From Chrysomallon squamiferum (taxonomy: Eukaryota > Animalia > Mollusca), in NCBI GenBank assembly GCA_012295275.1, contig CM022665.1, forward strand, positions 9,610,001 through 9,674,000: a DNA stretch of 64,000 nt, written 5' to 3'. Position 1 is the stretch's first letter; each line of letters opens with the position of its first letter. This document shows, one piece after another, positions 12,141-25,984 of the stretch. The notes beneath the pieces are model-generated. The model did no database searches. It saw only the letters and a program-made list of their open reading frames with translations, and was not told where the DNA came from. Position numbers and translations under genes: made by a program.

Positions 12141-13064
12141 AGAATGCCCATTATTTAACTATATTAATCCTGCACCTGTACAACTACATTATATGTTCAT
12201 GTACTCTTCGTATTAAGTGCAGTTATTTAGTTACTTTACATTTATTGTTTTCCTCTTTAGAAGTAAACTACAGAAATGTATGGCTGTGTGTCTGATACAA
12301 GGAAGGAGAGTTAATGGAGATTCACAATTTACACTTTAACTGATACTATAGACTGAGATTTTATGTAACACTTAGCAACTGAATAATGATGATATACCAT
12401 TAAGTATCCATTAATATTTTTTTATATCTAGCAATATATTTACATTAGGAAACAATTTCAAAAGATGAAAGCACGGAAATCAGTTTTAGGACTTTTAAAC
12501 TTGTTTTACAAACATATATTAATCATTAGCTGAATAAGTACAAATAAATTAAAACTGAAACAGAAAAACAGCTATTTTTAAATGTGAAGTTCACTGAATC
12601 CTTCACAAAATGGTATTAATAAGCAGACTGTTATTACCATTGTTTTTATTATTTAAAAGAAATTAAGAATGCTATACATTTTTAAATGAATTGTAAGAAT
12701 AGACGGGAAACTTATATATATATATGTATATACATATTATTTTGTTTTAATTTTTATTTCAATAGAACTTAAAAGAAGGATAAAGAGATTTTTATTAATA
12801 TTGGAAACAGATATAATCTGCTGGCTGAGTGTTCTTGTAATAGGCATTCATAAATTACTCACACATATTCAGTCAATAAGATTCACAAGCTCATACATTA
12901 ATTTTACACAAGTATTCTCTGTTTTATACTTATATCTACATTCACACACTCAAATACTCACATTCAAATTTTCCCTTTCACCAATACTTACTTATTTAAA
13001 CTGTCATTCCTACTCTTCTTACTTTCTCATTTTATTTGTTTCACATTTTTCTTGCAAACTCGAT

Positions 13065-13274
13065 CATTAAGTCGGTGTATTTATGGTATACACTTATTAG
13101 AAAATAAAATAACACTATGTTAACACAACAATTTTAATTTAATTTTATGTTAACTTGTCATTTCAGATATTTACCTGTATGTTTGAGTGTATTTGAGTGT
13201 ATATAATTATTTTATTTGGTTCATACAGTTGTTTAATCTGTACGTACATTAATGGGTTGATTTTCTTTGTTGTC
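13065..13274 (+). repeat. ~210-bp direct repeat, copy 1
   Basis: Matches 14139-14344 with about 11 substitutions and one 4-nt indel (counted by eye). Confidence 0.95.
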
Positions 13275-13319
13275 TACCATGGACCTTTTTTCATTCACAT
13301 TGTTTCATTCCCTCAGACT

Positions 13320-13622
13320 CTCTTTCTTTCTCTTTCTCTCTGCTCACTCTCTGCTCACTCTCTTGTTCTCCTTCCTTAGTCACTCTTGCCCCCTTTCTCC
13401 CGTCATCCCTTCCTCTCTCTAACACTCTTTCTCCTTCCATACTCACTCATTCTTTCAGCCACTCATTCATGCTCACTCACTCATAATCCCACTCACTGTT
13501 TATAACACACACAAACACTCTTTCACTTACTCCATACTCACTCACTGTCTATACCAAACACACACACACACATACACAGATTATTTCACTCACTCACACG
13601 TAATCCCACTCACTGTTTATAA

Positions 13623-13680
<58 letters not shown>
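13320..13680. repeat. CT-rich tract, CACT-based degenerate repeats and (CA)n at 13626-13680
   Basis: Direct observation. Confidence 0.9.
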
Positions 13681-13682
<2 letters not shown>

Positions 13683-13806
13683 TACAGAGCAACCAGCTCC
13701 TTATCTTTGTGTTTTCTGTAACAATACTCATTGGAGATTTATCAACATTATATTATTTGATTGCTCTCTGTGGGACTCTCCAGACCTGCTAAAAGAACTC
13801 GGAATA

Positions 13807-13864
13807 TCACGTGTCATGTGACATCTTGAGCCTGATATCATAAGAAGGTCGCCCATTGACGTCA
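13807..13864. promoter_or_regulatory. Motif cluster: E-box CACGTG (13808-13813), adjacent GTCATGTGAC, and perfect CRE TGACGTCA (13857-13864)
   Basis: Exact motif matches with intact CpGs in a locally GC-richer unique segment. Confidence 0.5.
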
Positions 13865-14138
13865 GAGAGAAGGAATCTTCACAAATAGAAAGAAGGTTAT
13901 CAAAAAGCTGTTCTCCACACAGCTATCCTGACTATTAATGTGCACATTTTATTCCTTGAATAGAATCAAATAACAAGGTTAAAAAAGAAAGAAAGTAGAT
14001 AAATAACAGATAGCAGATTTTTTTTATGATTTAAAAAAAAGAGATTAAATGGATCAAATTTTAAGGTTGTCAGAGATTTTGTAAGATATATGTATTTGTT
14101 TTATCAGAATTTGTTTCATTTATCTCAACAAGAAAAAC

Positions 14139-14344
14139 CATTAAGTCAGTGTATTTATGGTATACATTTATTAGAAAATAAAATAACACTACATTTACAC
14201 AACAATTTTAATTTTATTTTATGTTAACTTGTCATTTCAGATATTTACCAATATGTTTGAGTGTATTTGAGTGTATATAATTATTTTGTTTGGTTCAAAC
14301 AGTTGTTTAATGTGTACATTAATGGGTTGATTTTCTTTGTTGTC
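14139..14344 (+). repeat. ~210-bp direct repeat, copy 2
   Basis: Matches 13065-13274. Confidence 0.95.
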
Positions 14345-14854
14345 CTATTGTGTTTATAAGTACATGTGTGTGGATGGATGGATATATCTGATTATGCATG
14401 GGTTCATGATTGTGCATGTGAGTGTAAGCACATGCATGGCTATCTGCACATACACATGCATAACTGTACATGTTTTATTTCCATGGTTTTTTTTTTGTGA
14501 GTATTATCCTTTTTGTTTAAACTCATTTTATTTTAATGACTTCATTTTAAGTTGTTACCTCTATTTCTAGCATAACTTTAAACAGATACCAACACTCAGT
14601 AGTTAAATCTGTTAATGTTTTTAATAGATTTCTTTTTTTCTTTTCTTTTTTTAAAACATAGTCCACCTGTGACTTATTTGTCTGAAGTCTGACAGACCTG
14701 CTTTTAACTTAATTAATGTTTCACTAAATTAGTTTAATTTGTTTGACTTTACAAATTGCAGACCAGTCTAGTTTGATTGAGGTGTCTGACATGAGGATTT
14801 TATCAGCCTGTTGGTAAATCGGCCCAGGCAAATCAGTTAACAGACAAAGAAGTT

Positions 14855-14862
14855 TGACGTCA
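14855..14862. promoter_or_regulatory. Perfect CRE palindrome TGACGTCA
   Basis: Exact match; nearby CpGs at about 14820 and 14879. Confidence 0.4.
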
Positions 14863-15642
14863 TTTATACATAATAAGCCGTACATACCTCAAAATATCTC
14901 ACAGGGCAGAATGTTTTTTTATAGATATGTTTTTTCTTGCTCTGTTGGTGGTATTGTAAATGCATCATAATCTTTTAAAGGTAGATGGTTGTAATAATAG
15001 TGGTGAGGCAGAGAAATGAAAGTAGGGAATCAGGGTAAACTATTCAAGTGTTTCTGAGATAGAAGATCTGCGTTAATTCATATTACTGTTATTACTATTA
15101 TTACTACAATATTTGCTGTTGTTGTTGTTCTTATTATTATTATTACTACTGCTGCTGCTACTACTACTAATTTACCCCACTGCATTTTTTATTTAAGTCT
15201 AGCTTACTATTTTTTAATGAATAAATAAATAAATAAATACAAAACAAAAATATATATATATATATTATTTTTGTTTTGTTTTGAAAAGCTATTATTTTAA
15301 AAATGATGATACCAGTGTTTTAATTAATAATATAAAAAAAATATATATATGTGCATATGTAAGTACAAATGGTGTATATTGTTACTAATGTATCTATATC
15401 TGTATGCATATAATGGTGGCATGATAATGCAGATATTACAGTGTTGGACCTATAACCAAAAGGTCATGAGTTCAATGCCTTGGAGCTGCAGTGTTGTGGT
15501 GATCGTGGTTCACTCAGTTGTGAAAACATGACAGGATATGATGGTTATGTGTATGATTAGTGAATTCTACCAATATGGCAGTTTAGGTTGTATGCTCCCT
15601 GGGGGGTTGAGGTATGTGTTGGATAAAATAAGTGTATATATT

Positions 15643-15681
<39 letters not shown>

Positions 15682-15755
15682 GTGTGTATATATGTATGTG
15701 TGTGCGTATGTGTATGCATGTGAATATATGTGTATGTGTATGAGCATGTGTGCAT
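15643..15755. repeat. (TG)n / (TGTA)n microsatellite
   Basis: Direct observation. Confidence 0.9.
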
Positions 15756-16110
15756 GTTTTTTCAGTAAAACATGATATAATAAACACAGAATGTATTTGA
15801 CAAGAAATAAAAAAAATTCATTCTGTTCTATATATTAATATACATATTTTATATCACCCATATTTCAACACTGAGTGTCAGATATTGTGATAAATTGTAC
15901 ATGATGCAATATTTGTTTTATCTCAAAATTATTTTTTGTTATGGTATCACCTGTGGCATAGGGTGTTTCTGGTGTTTGCATTAATGGATGTTTTGTTTCA
16001 AGTTTGCATGTAATAATAAAGAAATCAATAACTGTTTTGTAGCCAACTAAAACTAAGAATAAATACAATTTAAAAAAGAAATGTAATTAAAAATAACAAA
16101 TAATAATGAA

Positions 16111-16160
<50 letters not shown>
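16111..16160. repeat. (AAT)n microsatellite
   Basis: Direct observation. Confidence 0.95.
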
Positions 16161-16789
16161 GTATTGGTCATGGTGGTGATTGTAATCATTGTGACATGAT
16201 GATGATTAAATAAATTAAGAGTTAATGAGTAAGAATAAAAGATAACTAAAAAAAATAAAAATAAATAAACTTCTTTATCTTTAAAAGGAAGTTCATGTTT
16301 GTAGATGAGAGGTATGATAAGTTTTCATAGTCCACTGTTTAGATTAGAAAATGTCAACCAAAGATTAACCTTATTATCTCTTACACATTGATATCACTTT
16401 AACTACAATATATTTCAACTTTCTTCTTCTCCTTATTAGTTTTCTATAATTTTTCTTTTCTTTCTTTTTCTTAATCTGTAATTTTATTTTAATTTTATTT
16501 AATTATTGCAGTTACGTAATGTTGATTGAACTGTTTACTGTTGTTTTAAAACTCATTGATTTATTGCCCATGGGAAGGTGCACATTAAAGAATTTTTATG
16601 GCTATTTGATTAGGCTAGCATGTTTAATCTATTTTGTTGTTAGTGTAAAAGAAGTGTATTACTGATGTCTAAAACACATTTACTATTAAAATGTGTTGAT
16701 GTTGAAACAAAACATTTATTTATTATGGAGAGATGGTGCTGATTCAGAATGAAGTAATTATACATAACAGGCATGTACACATTCACAGT

Positions 16790-16792
<3 letters not shown>

Positions 16793-16856
<64 letters not shown>

Positions 16857-17070
16857 CATATATACACACAGGATACAAAAAAAAAATCACATACCTACAT
16901 TTCTCAGTAATTTTTCAAAAGTTACAAACATGCATATCCACAAACCAAAATATTTGCACACACACACACACACATACACACACACATACACACACACACA
17001 TACACACACATAAAGCACATCCCTAACACACACACAAACACACACAAAGCACATCCCTAACACATACACC
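16793..17070. repeat. (CA)n at 16793-16854 plus a second degenerate CA tract
   Basis: Direct observation. Confidence 0.95.
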
Positions 17071-17207
17071 ACGCCAAATTTAAATCGTGCACCACCTTTA
17101 CTACAGACAGTGATAGAACAGCTCCTGCACTGTACCACTTGATTGATTGAATCTATTTATAGCTCCACTCATTGAGCCTGCAATGTGTTCATTGATATTT
17201 TTTTCAG

Positions 17208-17329
17208 GGGAACGTTGAAGCAGCACACAGCCTTCTGCCCAGTAGAAGCACTCCAGTGAGAACTTCGTCACAGCAGTGTTTTGCGAAGCGGGAAAACACA
17301 GCGGCGTACAGCACTGGATTCAGCGTCAG
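17208..17329 (+). CDS. Gene B coding exon 6: GNVEAAHSLLPSRSTPVRTSSQQCFAKRENTAAYSTGFSV(R)
   Basis: Acceptor atttttttcag|GGG and donor CAG|gtaaga; 122 nt. Only the phase-0 entry frame is open; exits phase 2; GC-rich. Confidence 0.8.
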
Positions 17330-19896
17330 GTAAGACAACAGTGTTTAACATTGCAGCATATTTTTTTAATGAACTTGTGTAATAGCATGATATCTCACCA
17401 TGAAATTGGTTTTATTATCACACTGCCTGTGATGGAAGAGTGTTGTGTGTTTTTTAAATGTTACAGCTGTTTTGTATTATTATTATTTTTTAATTTGTTT
17501 TAATTATGTGATGTTCAGGAGATTCTGAATAGTAAAATATTCCGTAATGTTATTAGATAATAATCCATATCTTGTAATAATTAATTTTAAATAATAACGT
17601 TGTTTCTTTAATATATATCTGTATATAAACACATACATATGTACATATACCTACATATGTATCCAACATAAAAACACATATACACGTGCACTATAAAATT
17701 TATATGTGTGGATATATATATATATAAAGCTGGGAACATAAAAAAAAAATATGTAATCAGTTTTCAAGTTTACATACTGATATTTTGAATATAAAACCGC
17801 ATTATTTATATTTTATATCTGTAATATTGTTTTATATACATTAGACTGATTCTTCATTTAACATTAATGTTATTAAGCTAGCAGTTAGACTGAATAGATT
17901 ATCATTATGTAGCTTTTCAGTATCTAGTAATGTTTAATACAAGTGATATACACTTAATGACATTATGTATAATATATAAATCTGATAAAGATTAATATTT
18001 ACATGTTAAAACATATGAGTGGAGATCAGTGTTAACTGACTTGAATACAACTTCACGCTGTTTTTGAAATAATTTAGTAATAAATTATATTTTATTTTTG
18101 CAGTGTGTGTAAACCTGTCTGTCTCTTAAAATATATTTCTTGCAGATTTATTAAGTTATCTCACTGTTGGGTCATTTCCAATAGGTACTCTGTAATGGGT
18201 GAATAAAATAACTTGGTATGTGCTGTATTGTTTGTGATAAAATAATAAGTTTGTAAATTCAGTACATAAACAGTTGAGAACTGTTTTGAATTTATAATTT
18301 ATATACATAATCAGAAAAAACATCACTGTGCTAATGAACAATATGATACATTTTATTGCTGAATATTAAAAAAAGTTCATATCTATATATATATATAATT
18401 CTGTGAATATTTTTTATTTTCAGTTTAATAATTCTAATATTCAGCGCATTTTAAAAAATATTTTATTCCAATCATTTTTTATTCTCTGTGTTACATAATT
18501 TTAATATTTTTACAGTGTGCTCTAGAGTACTGATTGTTAATACATAACAAATATTTAAAGCTAGCATTGTAGTAATTGTTAACAGAAAAATTACATCTGT
18601 TTCTAGCCAATCAGTGTCATATAACTGTACTTTGTTGTTTATACTGTTAATTTATTATTAAATAAACTGGGATTTTTTTTTTTTCATTCTGTTTTATGCA
18701 GCAAAAACCTTTATCTTAGAGTGATAAAAATTATTAAAAAAAACACCTAATAAATAAATAAATAAATAAAAATTATGTTAAATAAAATTATTAAAATAAA
18801 CAATTTTAATTTGAAATATATTTTTTTTAATTTATCTGAAGGATTATTTAAACTAAAAAATATATCTTTATTACACTTTGCTGCTGCTGCTGCCAAAACA
18901 CAACAACAAAAAAAAAAAAAAAAAAAAAAAACAAAAAAAAAAAATAAAAAAGTTGGTTAAAATATGTTAGCATTTTGTTTTTAAAGAAAGTTTAAAAATT
19001 AATAACAATAAATAAAATACAAAACAAAAAAGGGTGAAAAGTTTATAATATAAAAATTTCTTTTGAATAATAATAACAACAATTAAAAAAAAAATATATA
19101 TATATATAAAAGAAAAAAATTCATCCATTCATACATATGTAATAATCAAATTGTTTTAAAAAATGTACCATACATTAATATATTGTCAGATACTGTTAAC
19201 ATCATTAAACACTTAAAACATTTCTACATTTTCATATTTTCATTTTTTTTTACATTGTCTACATTAACGTTTAAAGCTTAAAATAGCTGATAATATTACA
19301 CACCTAATGTTACAACAGCAAATGGTGTTTGAAATGGGTCAGGAAACCACATGTTTTTAAACAGGAACCATACAGCACTTTACCATATCATCTGAAACAC
19401 TGCTTGCTAAGCACCTGTCTGCAGAGAACTATTTTTTTAAATATTTTATTTCAGGAAGTGTATTACAAACACGACAGGAATAAGTCAAGATTACACCCTT
19501 TTTATGTTAGTTACAGTTATTATTTATTTTTTTTCCCCTATTTTATATATATAAGACTTTTTTGTTGTCTTAAATAAAAAAAAAATCATTTTTTTAATTT
19601 AATTTGATTTGTATTTGTTTTTGTTTTTTATTCTTAGGTTGTCACAGTTTTTTTTTTTTAATATTTCACCAAATTGAAAACTTGATCTAAAAAATTTGTT
19701 TCTGGAGCTATTTTTGAGATAAATAAAAAAATTTAGAATAGAAAATATAAACATATCACATACACACATTCACAAATATATATGTATAGACACATTCTAA
19801 TTCAAATTCTTAATAATTTTTTTAACTAATTAGAACAATATTAACTGGTAAATTTAATTTATTTTGTTTTATATTTTTTTTAATATATTTTTTAAA

Positions 19897-19997
19897 AATT
19901 TTATTTTATTTTATTTTATTTTTTATTTTTAATTTTATTTTATTTTATTTTATTTTATTTTATTTTATTTTATTTTATTTTATTTTATTTTATTATT
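19897..19997. repeat. (TTTTA)n pentanucleotide microsatellite
   Basis: Direct observation. Confidence 0.95.
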
Positions 19998-21589
19998 TTT
20001 TGTAATTCGCTTCATAAATGAATGTTTCCAGATTCATATTACAAATATTTATTGTTAATCATTAGTTCATTATTTTACTTATTGCATATTTTATAGCTGA
20101 AATTATTTTTTAGTTTAATGATAGAGCCAGACATAAAAACAATTTACATTTTTATTGTGATTTTTTTTTTTTTAACAATTTCCCTTAGCATATTTTTTTT
20201 TTTTTTTTAATATACTTTTAGATTGTTGGCTTTTTTTTTTATTTTTTTTTTTTTTTTCTAGGGGTTTACTTTTTGTTTGTTTTTTGAAAAGTTGTTATTT
20301 AATATGGAAGTCAAAGCAAAAAAAAAAGAAAAAAAGTAGGCAGTAACCAATTAATTCTAAAAATAATATCTTGCTTTAAAAGACATTAGATTCTGCTAAA
20401 GGCAGCCAAGTTTTTATTTATCTTATTCTTATGACATCACTAAAAATAGTATTATTGTTGTTGTTTTGATACTGTTATTATTATTGTTAATATCGTAATT
20501 ATTGTTATTGTTGTTGGTGTTATGTTTAGTGTTATTATTGTTGTTTTTGTTATTATTATTTAAAAAAAAAAAAAACAACATAAAAATAAATAAATAAAAA
20601 GTTTTAAAAATCAAATTAAAAAAGATAAGATGAAAATCTCTAAATGTCATATTTTGAAAAAAAAATATATTCTTTAATAAAAATTTAAAACTAGCTTAAT
20701 AGAAGAATTCCAAAAATTTAACCAGTATGTTTTCTCTCACCTCTGTAATCAGTGTACAATACAGGATCAGCACATTTCCTTTCTTCCTAATGATTTGATG
20801 AATGAAAAAATACTTAACACAAGCTGAAAAAGCAGGGCAAATATTTTCCCTAACAGCATTGAGTGCATTTTTTTGGTTTTTAGTGATTGTGGTTTCTCTT
20901 GTTAAATTTTCGTGTTACTTGTTCAGTTTGGAACTAGTTCAAGTATTTGTTCTTTTTTTGTTTTTTCGTAAGGGTAATGTTAAAGCATTATTCTTTATGG
21001 TTTATTTAAAAGTTCAGTTTATTATCTTGTCTGGTGTAAAAGGTTTTGGTTTTCTTTCTTTCTGTATTATTATTATTATTATATAAATACATATATATTG
21101 TATTATTTATTACATATACATATCTCTTTTTTTTATTGTTTATATAGTTTATATTATCATTACTGAAAACAAGAAGCAGAATAAAATATAATGGAGTTTA
21201 TCAGATAAATCAGTTTTTTGATATATGAGTATTTTATGAAAGGAAACAAAATAATTTCATTTTGTTAGTGTTCAACAGTGGATAAAAAATTATGAAATGT
21301 ACTGAAATAGGGCAAAACAAGAAGAAATGTTTTATTTTTATATTTTTTTCAACAGTTGACTATTTCCTTATTTTATTCTTTTCCAAGACTTTATCATAAA
21401 CTTTTAAAAGAATAATTTGTTTCTGTCACCATCTGAACACAAATATTAAAATTAATGAAATGTATTCACTTCAGGGGAATTTAGGAAGATATCTTTAGCT
21501 GTTTGATAAAGTCTTTGCTATCTGCACACTTTTTTAATAGTTTTGTGATATCAAGCACTCAGCTAACATGTGTTTGTCCTATTATCCAT

Positions 21590-21685
21590 TCAAGACAGAC
21601 TTAGAAAGTTTGTACATTAAAGGCCATGGTATGTCCTGTCTTGTCAGTGGAAACTTTCATTTACAAAATTCTTGCTGGTAGGTGA
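21590..21685. mobile_element. Decayed SINE-like fragment, inverted relative to the 8160 and 43950 copies
   Basis: Reverse complement reads ...gacaagacaggacataccatggcctttaat, overlapping motifs at 8232 and 44004. Confidence 0.45.
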
Positions 21686-24600
21686 AAAAAAAAATATACC
21701 GGGTTTTGTATAATGATTATGTATGTCTGACAAACATAAATAACAAATCTTTACTGGTGCCATTAAACAAATACAAGCTGAACATTCCTCATCCAAGATA
21801 CATGTGGATGGAGATATGTTATGTGTGTGACACATATCATTATTTGAAATATTTACATGAATATTTAAAGAGGCTGTGAAAAAAGACTAAAAGATAAGCA
21901 ATAATTAACTTGGCCATTCAGAAATGGTTTCGGGTTTCAGAGATTTTTTTTTTTTTTTTAAATTTAGGATCTTGGCTTCTAGAATTTTTATTTTATTTTA
22001 TTTTTTTTTTAATTTATTTATTTACATTAAATAGTACTTCTAGGAAATATTTATTTATTTTATATATATATATGTTATTTATTTTTTATTTATATTTATT
22101 TATTTTCTGTTTGTTTGTTCAAAGAAAGAAAAAAATAAGTTGTTTTTTTAGCAATTCAAATTTTTTACAATTAATTTCGAAAGACGTTTGACACTGGTGA
22201 TGAGTTATAAATGAACAAGGAAGTCCTTACGCCAGGCTTTATTGACCCACAAGAATCAATATGCCTGCTTTTGTCCACCACCTTTCCTTTAAAATATGAC
22301 ATCAGGTCTGATTAGGTTTTAGCAAGACATGAAAATAGTTCCTGTGACATATTGCATTTATCGTACAAAATGTATTTCCATTGCTTTTGGGACATGTTAA
22401 ATTAATAGAAAATATTTCATTTGACAGACTGTTTATTTTCTATCTATACATGTATTTTGAAATGGCAGTTTATTGCTGTGCATCAATTCTTTTTAAGGTT
22501 TAGTTACTTTCTGTGTGGCTTATAATCCAGCCATTATCATTATAGCTGCTATATTAAAATGAGGGAGAGAGAGAAAAATAGAGAAAAATAGAGAGAGAAG
22601 AAATATATAGGTATAGAAATTTATGAAGTATTACCAAGTTATTAATTAGTAAGAAACAAAATAAGACAAATGATTTTGCCCACTCAAAGATGGCATGATG
22701 GAAAAAAAATCAGAAGTTAAACCTGATGACTTCATGTTTTAAGGCTATTAACTTTACAGTCTACTGTAAATGAAATTAGACTTCTTTGTTTTTATAATGT
22801 CTTTTATGATGTTTTGTCAAAAGAACTAGGAAGTTCATTAACAAAGGATTCTGCCCTAAAGGAATCATTTTGATGGAGGGTTTTTTCTATTCATTTTTTT
22901 TTATTTTTTATTTTTCATTTTTTAATCTTTTAATCCTCTTTTCTTTTTTCTTTTTTTAAAGTTTAAAGTTTAAAAATAGATGTAGTTATTACCATTTACA
23001 TTCTCTTTTCAAAGGTTTCTTGAGTTCCAATACTATGGAGAACTACATCATCATTCAGTTACATTCCACTTTCCGTCATTTAAATATTTAATGGTTTTAG
23101 GTTTTTTGGGGTTTTTTTTTAGATTTAATTTTTTAGTTTCAATTAGAGAGTTTGAAAAAGATAAATTGAATTCAGGTTTCTCAGATTAGCAGCCATATAA
23201 TTGCATTACGTGGTAATTAGCTCTCACCAGAGATTTTTTAATGGCTGTAAGCAGACAATTCTACGTGGAAAAATAATTACAAAGGTCATTTCAGTCATTT
23301 TCTATAAAAAGGCACAAAAAATATTTAGGGTCTTGACTGACTGAGAGAATCTCATAAATAATTTTTTTTAAATTACATTTTTAAATCTGATAAATTATTT
23401 TTTTAATTACCTGTTTTGGGTTTTTTTTGTTTGTTTTTTTATTAAATCTGAAGAATTATGTTTTTAAATATATATTTTTTAATCTGATAAATTATGTTTT
23501 TTTAAATACATTTTTTTATTAATCTGATATATATTTTTTTAAATTCATCTTTCATAGTTTTACAGTGTTATAAACAATATAATAATTTCCACAAATAAAA
23601 TAAGTTTAGTTCTTTTTAATATATTAACTGATCAATAAAATTAAACATTGAAACTGTCTATTTACATTGTGGAAATGCTATTCATTTTGATATATAATAG
23701 TTATTAAATGTCATTTATTAGCTGAAAGGCAGTTACATAACACTATTTGGTTTATTAAACAGCTCACCAACAAGGATGGATTGATTAAATGACCAGCCAT
23801 GCCTCAGTAAGCTAAACCCACTCCTATTAATTTTGGGTTAGTGAAATCAACCCATCAGTTTTGCAGCTTTCCATTATCATTCTTATTTTATTATTTAAGT
23901 AATTAATTGCAACTTAATCATCCATTTTGTAGACACAATTACATGGTTGTACCATAGCCATGCAAGTGAGAAAATAACGTAATTCAAGCAGATTATGCAT
24001 TCATGAAAGCTTGAAAGCATTTTTATTTGTTTATTTTTATTTTATTTTATGATATTTTTTTTGTTTTTTGTTGTTTTTTTTGCTGTAAAAGAGATTTGTT
24101 CTCTAATGTAAATAAGTGACAAATGAAAACAAATTTGAAATCATATGCAGGTAAGAACAGGATGATGATTTGTTAATCACATTATAATCAGTGTATAAGA
24201 ATTAATATTACATTGTCCTTAGTGCTGGCTGTGTAAGATACTTCTTGTTGTTAAGACAGATCATATAAATTAATTCTAGTTGTATTTTTTTGTTTGTTTG
24301 CTTGTTTATCTGTTTTTGGTTGTCGGGTTTTTCAGATGTTGTTTTTTTGTTTATTCTCCAGAATGTTCTTCATCATTCCTAAATTTGAGGTTTTTTTCAT
24401 TAACAGAAATAATTTGAAAATCATATTTTTATAAATGGTGTAAAATTTCTAATATTAAAACTAAGTATATATTCCAGTGTATCTGTATGTCATCATTTAA
24501 TCTATTGTTCACATTACTCTTACAAATAAAACTGATAATAAAGCATTATTACAAAGGTAAAAATAATAATAATAATAATAATAACACAATGATAATAACA

Positions 24601-25496
24601 AATACATAAATGTATAAATACATAAATATATAAATGTTGATCATATTTAACAGGTTTTCTCTCTTGTTTTCTGTACATTCTTAAACTATTGGTATGTTGT
24701 CACAAAAGAGAAAACTAAAAAAAACAGTTCTTTCTTTATTCCTTCACCTAGCTGATTTGATGATATGTGTATTTTATTATACATCTTTCATTGTCTTAAG
24801 TGAAATTTACCATTTGTAAAATACTGTATACAACATACATTCCTTTGTGTTTGGATTTTACGTTACATTTTAATTTAGCTTTTGAATTTTTTATGAATAT
24901 TGATCATCACTTTCATTCACATATCTTTCTTTGACAACTAAAAACAGATGAACTATGTCTTAATTCTTGGCTGTTATTAAACATTAATGTTTACTTGTGT
25001 TTTTAACTGATGTTTCCAATAAATGTAATTCTTTTTTTTTTTGTAATTAAAAAAAAATGCTTTTGTATAAAACTTTCATTGATACTTCATTCATTCATAT
25101 ATTTATCATCATATTGTTACTTACCTTTTGTTTGCTAAATCTGGCACACAAAAGATGAATGTACTTTTAAAAATAATTGAATAATACCTTATTTTCTGTT
25201 TTCTTTTAAAAGTATATTTTTAAAACTGATTTCTATAAAAGCATTCAGCTCTCCTTGTGTGTGTGTGCACTTTTATATAACATTCTGTCAAGCTTTTCAA
25301 GGTTAAAAAATAATCAATAGTTTTTAAAAAAATAATATAAATAAAAAGGGAAGTGACAGAAAGAATAAAAGAAATACTTATTATCTTTTTTTTAAAAATA
25401 TGCAATGATAATTGAATAACAAATATTAGTTTATTTTCTGACTAATATATGGATTCATTCATTCAGACACACACACACAGAGACACATCTTCAGAC

Positions 25497-25505
25497 CCAT
25501 ACATC

Positions 25506-25572
<67 letters not shown>

Positions 25573-25720
25573 ATATACACACACCTCCATAGGCATGCAT
25601 ACATACATACACTCCTACATACACACATACACAGACTCATACATACTGATGTGTTTGTATATGTGTGTGGTTTTTGGTACTGAGAGAGAGAGAGACAGAC
25701 AGATATATATATATATATAA
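25497..25720. repeat. Compound (CATA)n/(CA)n/(GA)n/(TA)n microsatellite
   Basis: Direct observation. Confidence 0.9.
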
Positions 25721-25984
25721 AAACAGGTAAAGATCTAATTATGTGCAATATAACCTACTTTTTGACTTCATAATTGTAATCAGCAGGTGAGAAATAGATA
25801 TAATCTAAATTTAGCTAACAGAACACCAAGAATAACCTGACAGAAATAATCAGGCATGACAATAAGAAATAGGTTAACGGCAGGAAGATAAGAGATTTGT
25901 TTTTGTTTTTAAAGACAGTTCTTATTATTCAAAAAACTAAACAAGAGTAACAAAAAGTCCTGTTATTTGTGGCAGTATTCTCTA

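Noticed and set aside
11768-12151. CVCV/THTH ORFs here and at about 15.5, 16.7, 25.5, 29.3, 60 and 62.6 kb
   Set aside because: Artefacts of (CA)n/(TG)n repeats.
14762-14813. Exon candidate (ttgcag|ACCAG...TTG|gtaaat)
   Set aside because: The only open frame is phase 1 to 2, which does not bridge exon 5 to the phase-0 exon 6.
15415-15485. tRNA-like segment with B-box GAGTTCAATGCC (similar remnants at about 34260-34310 and minus-strand 40320-40380)
   Set aside because: No cloverleaf can be formed; at most decayed tRNA-derived SINE heads.
25125-25140. Minus-strand 16-nt micro-exon (gtgccag|...aaag|gtaagt)
   Set aside because: Isolated, not a multiple of 3, and no host gene on that strand.
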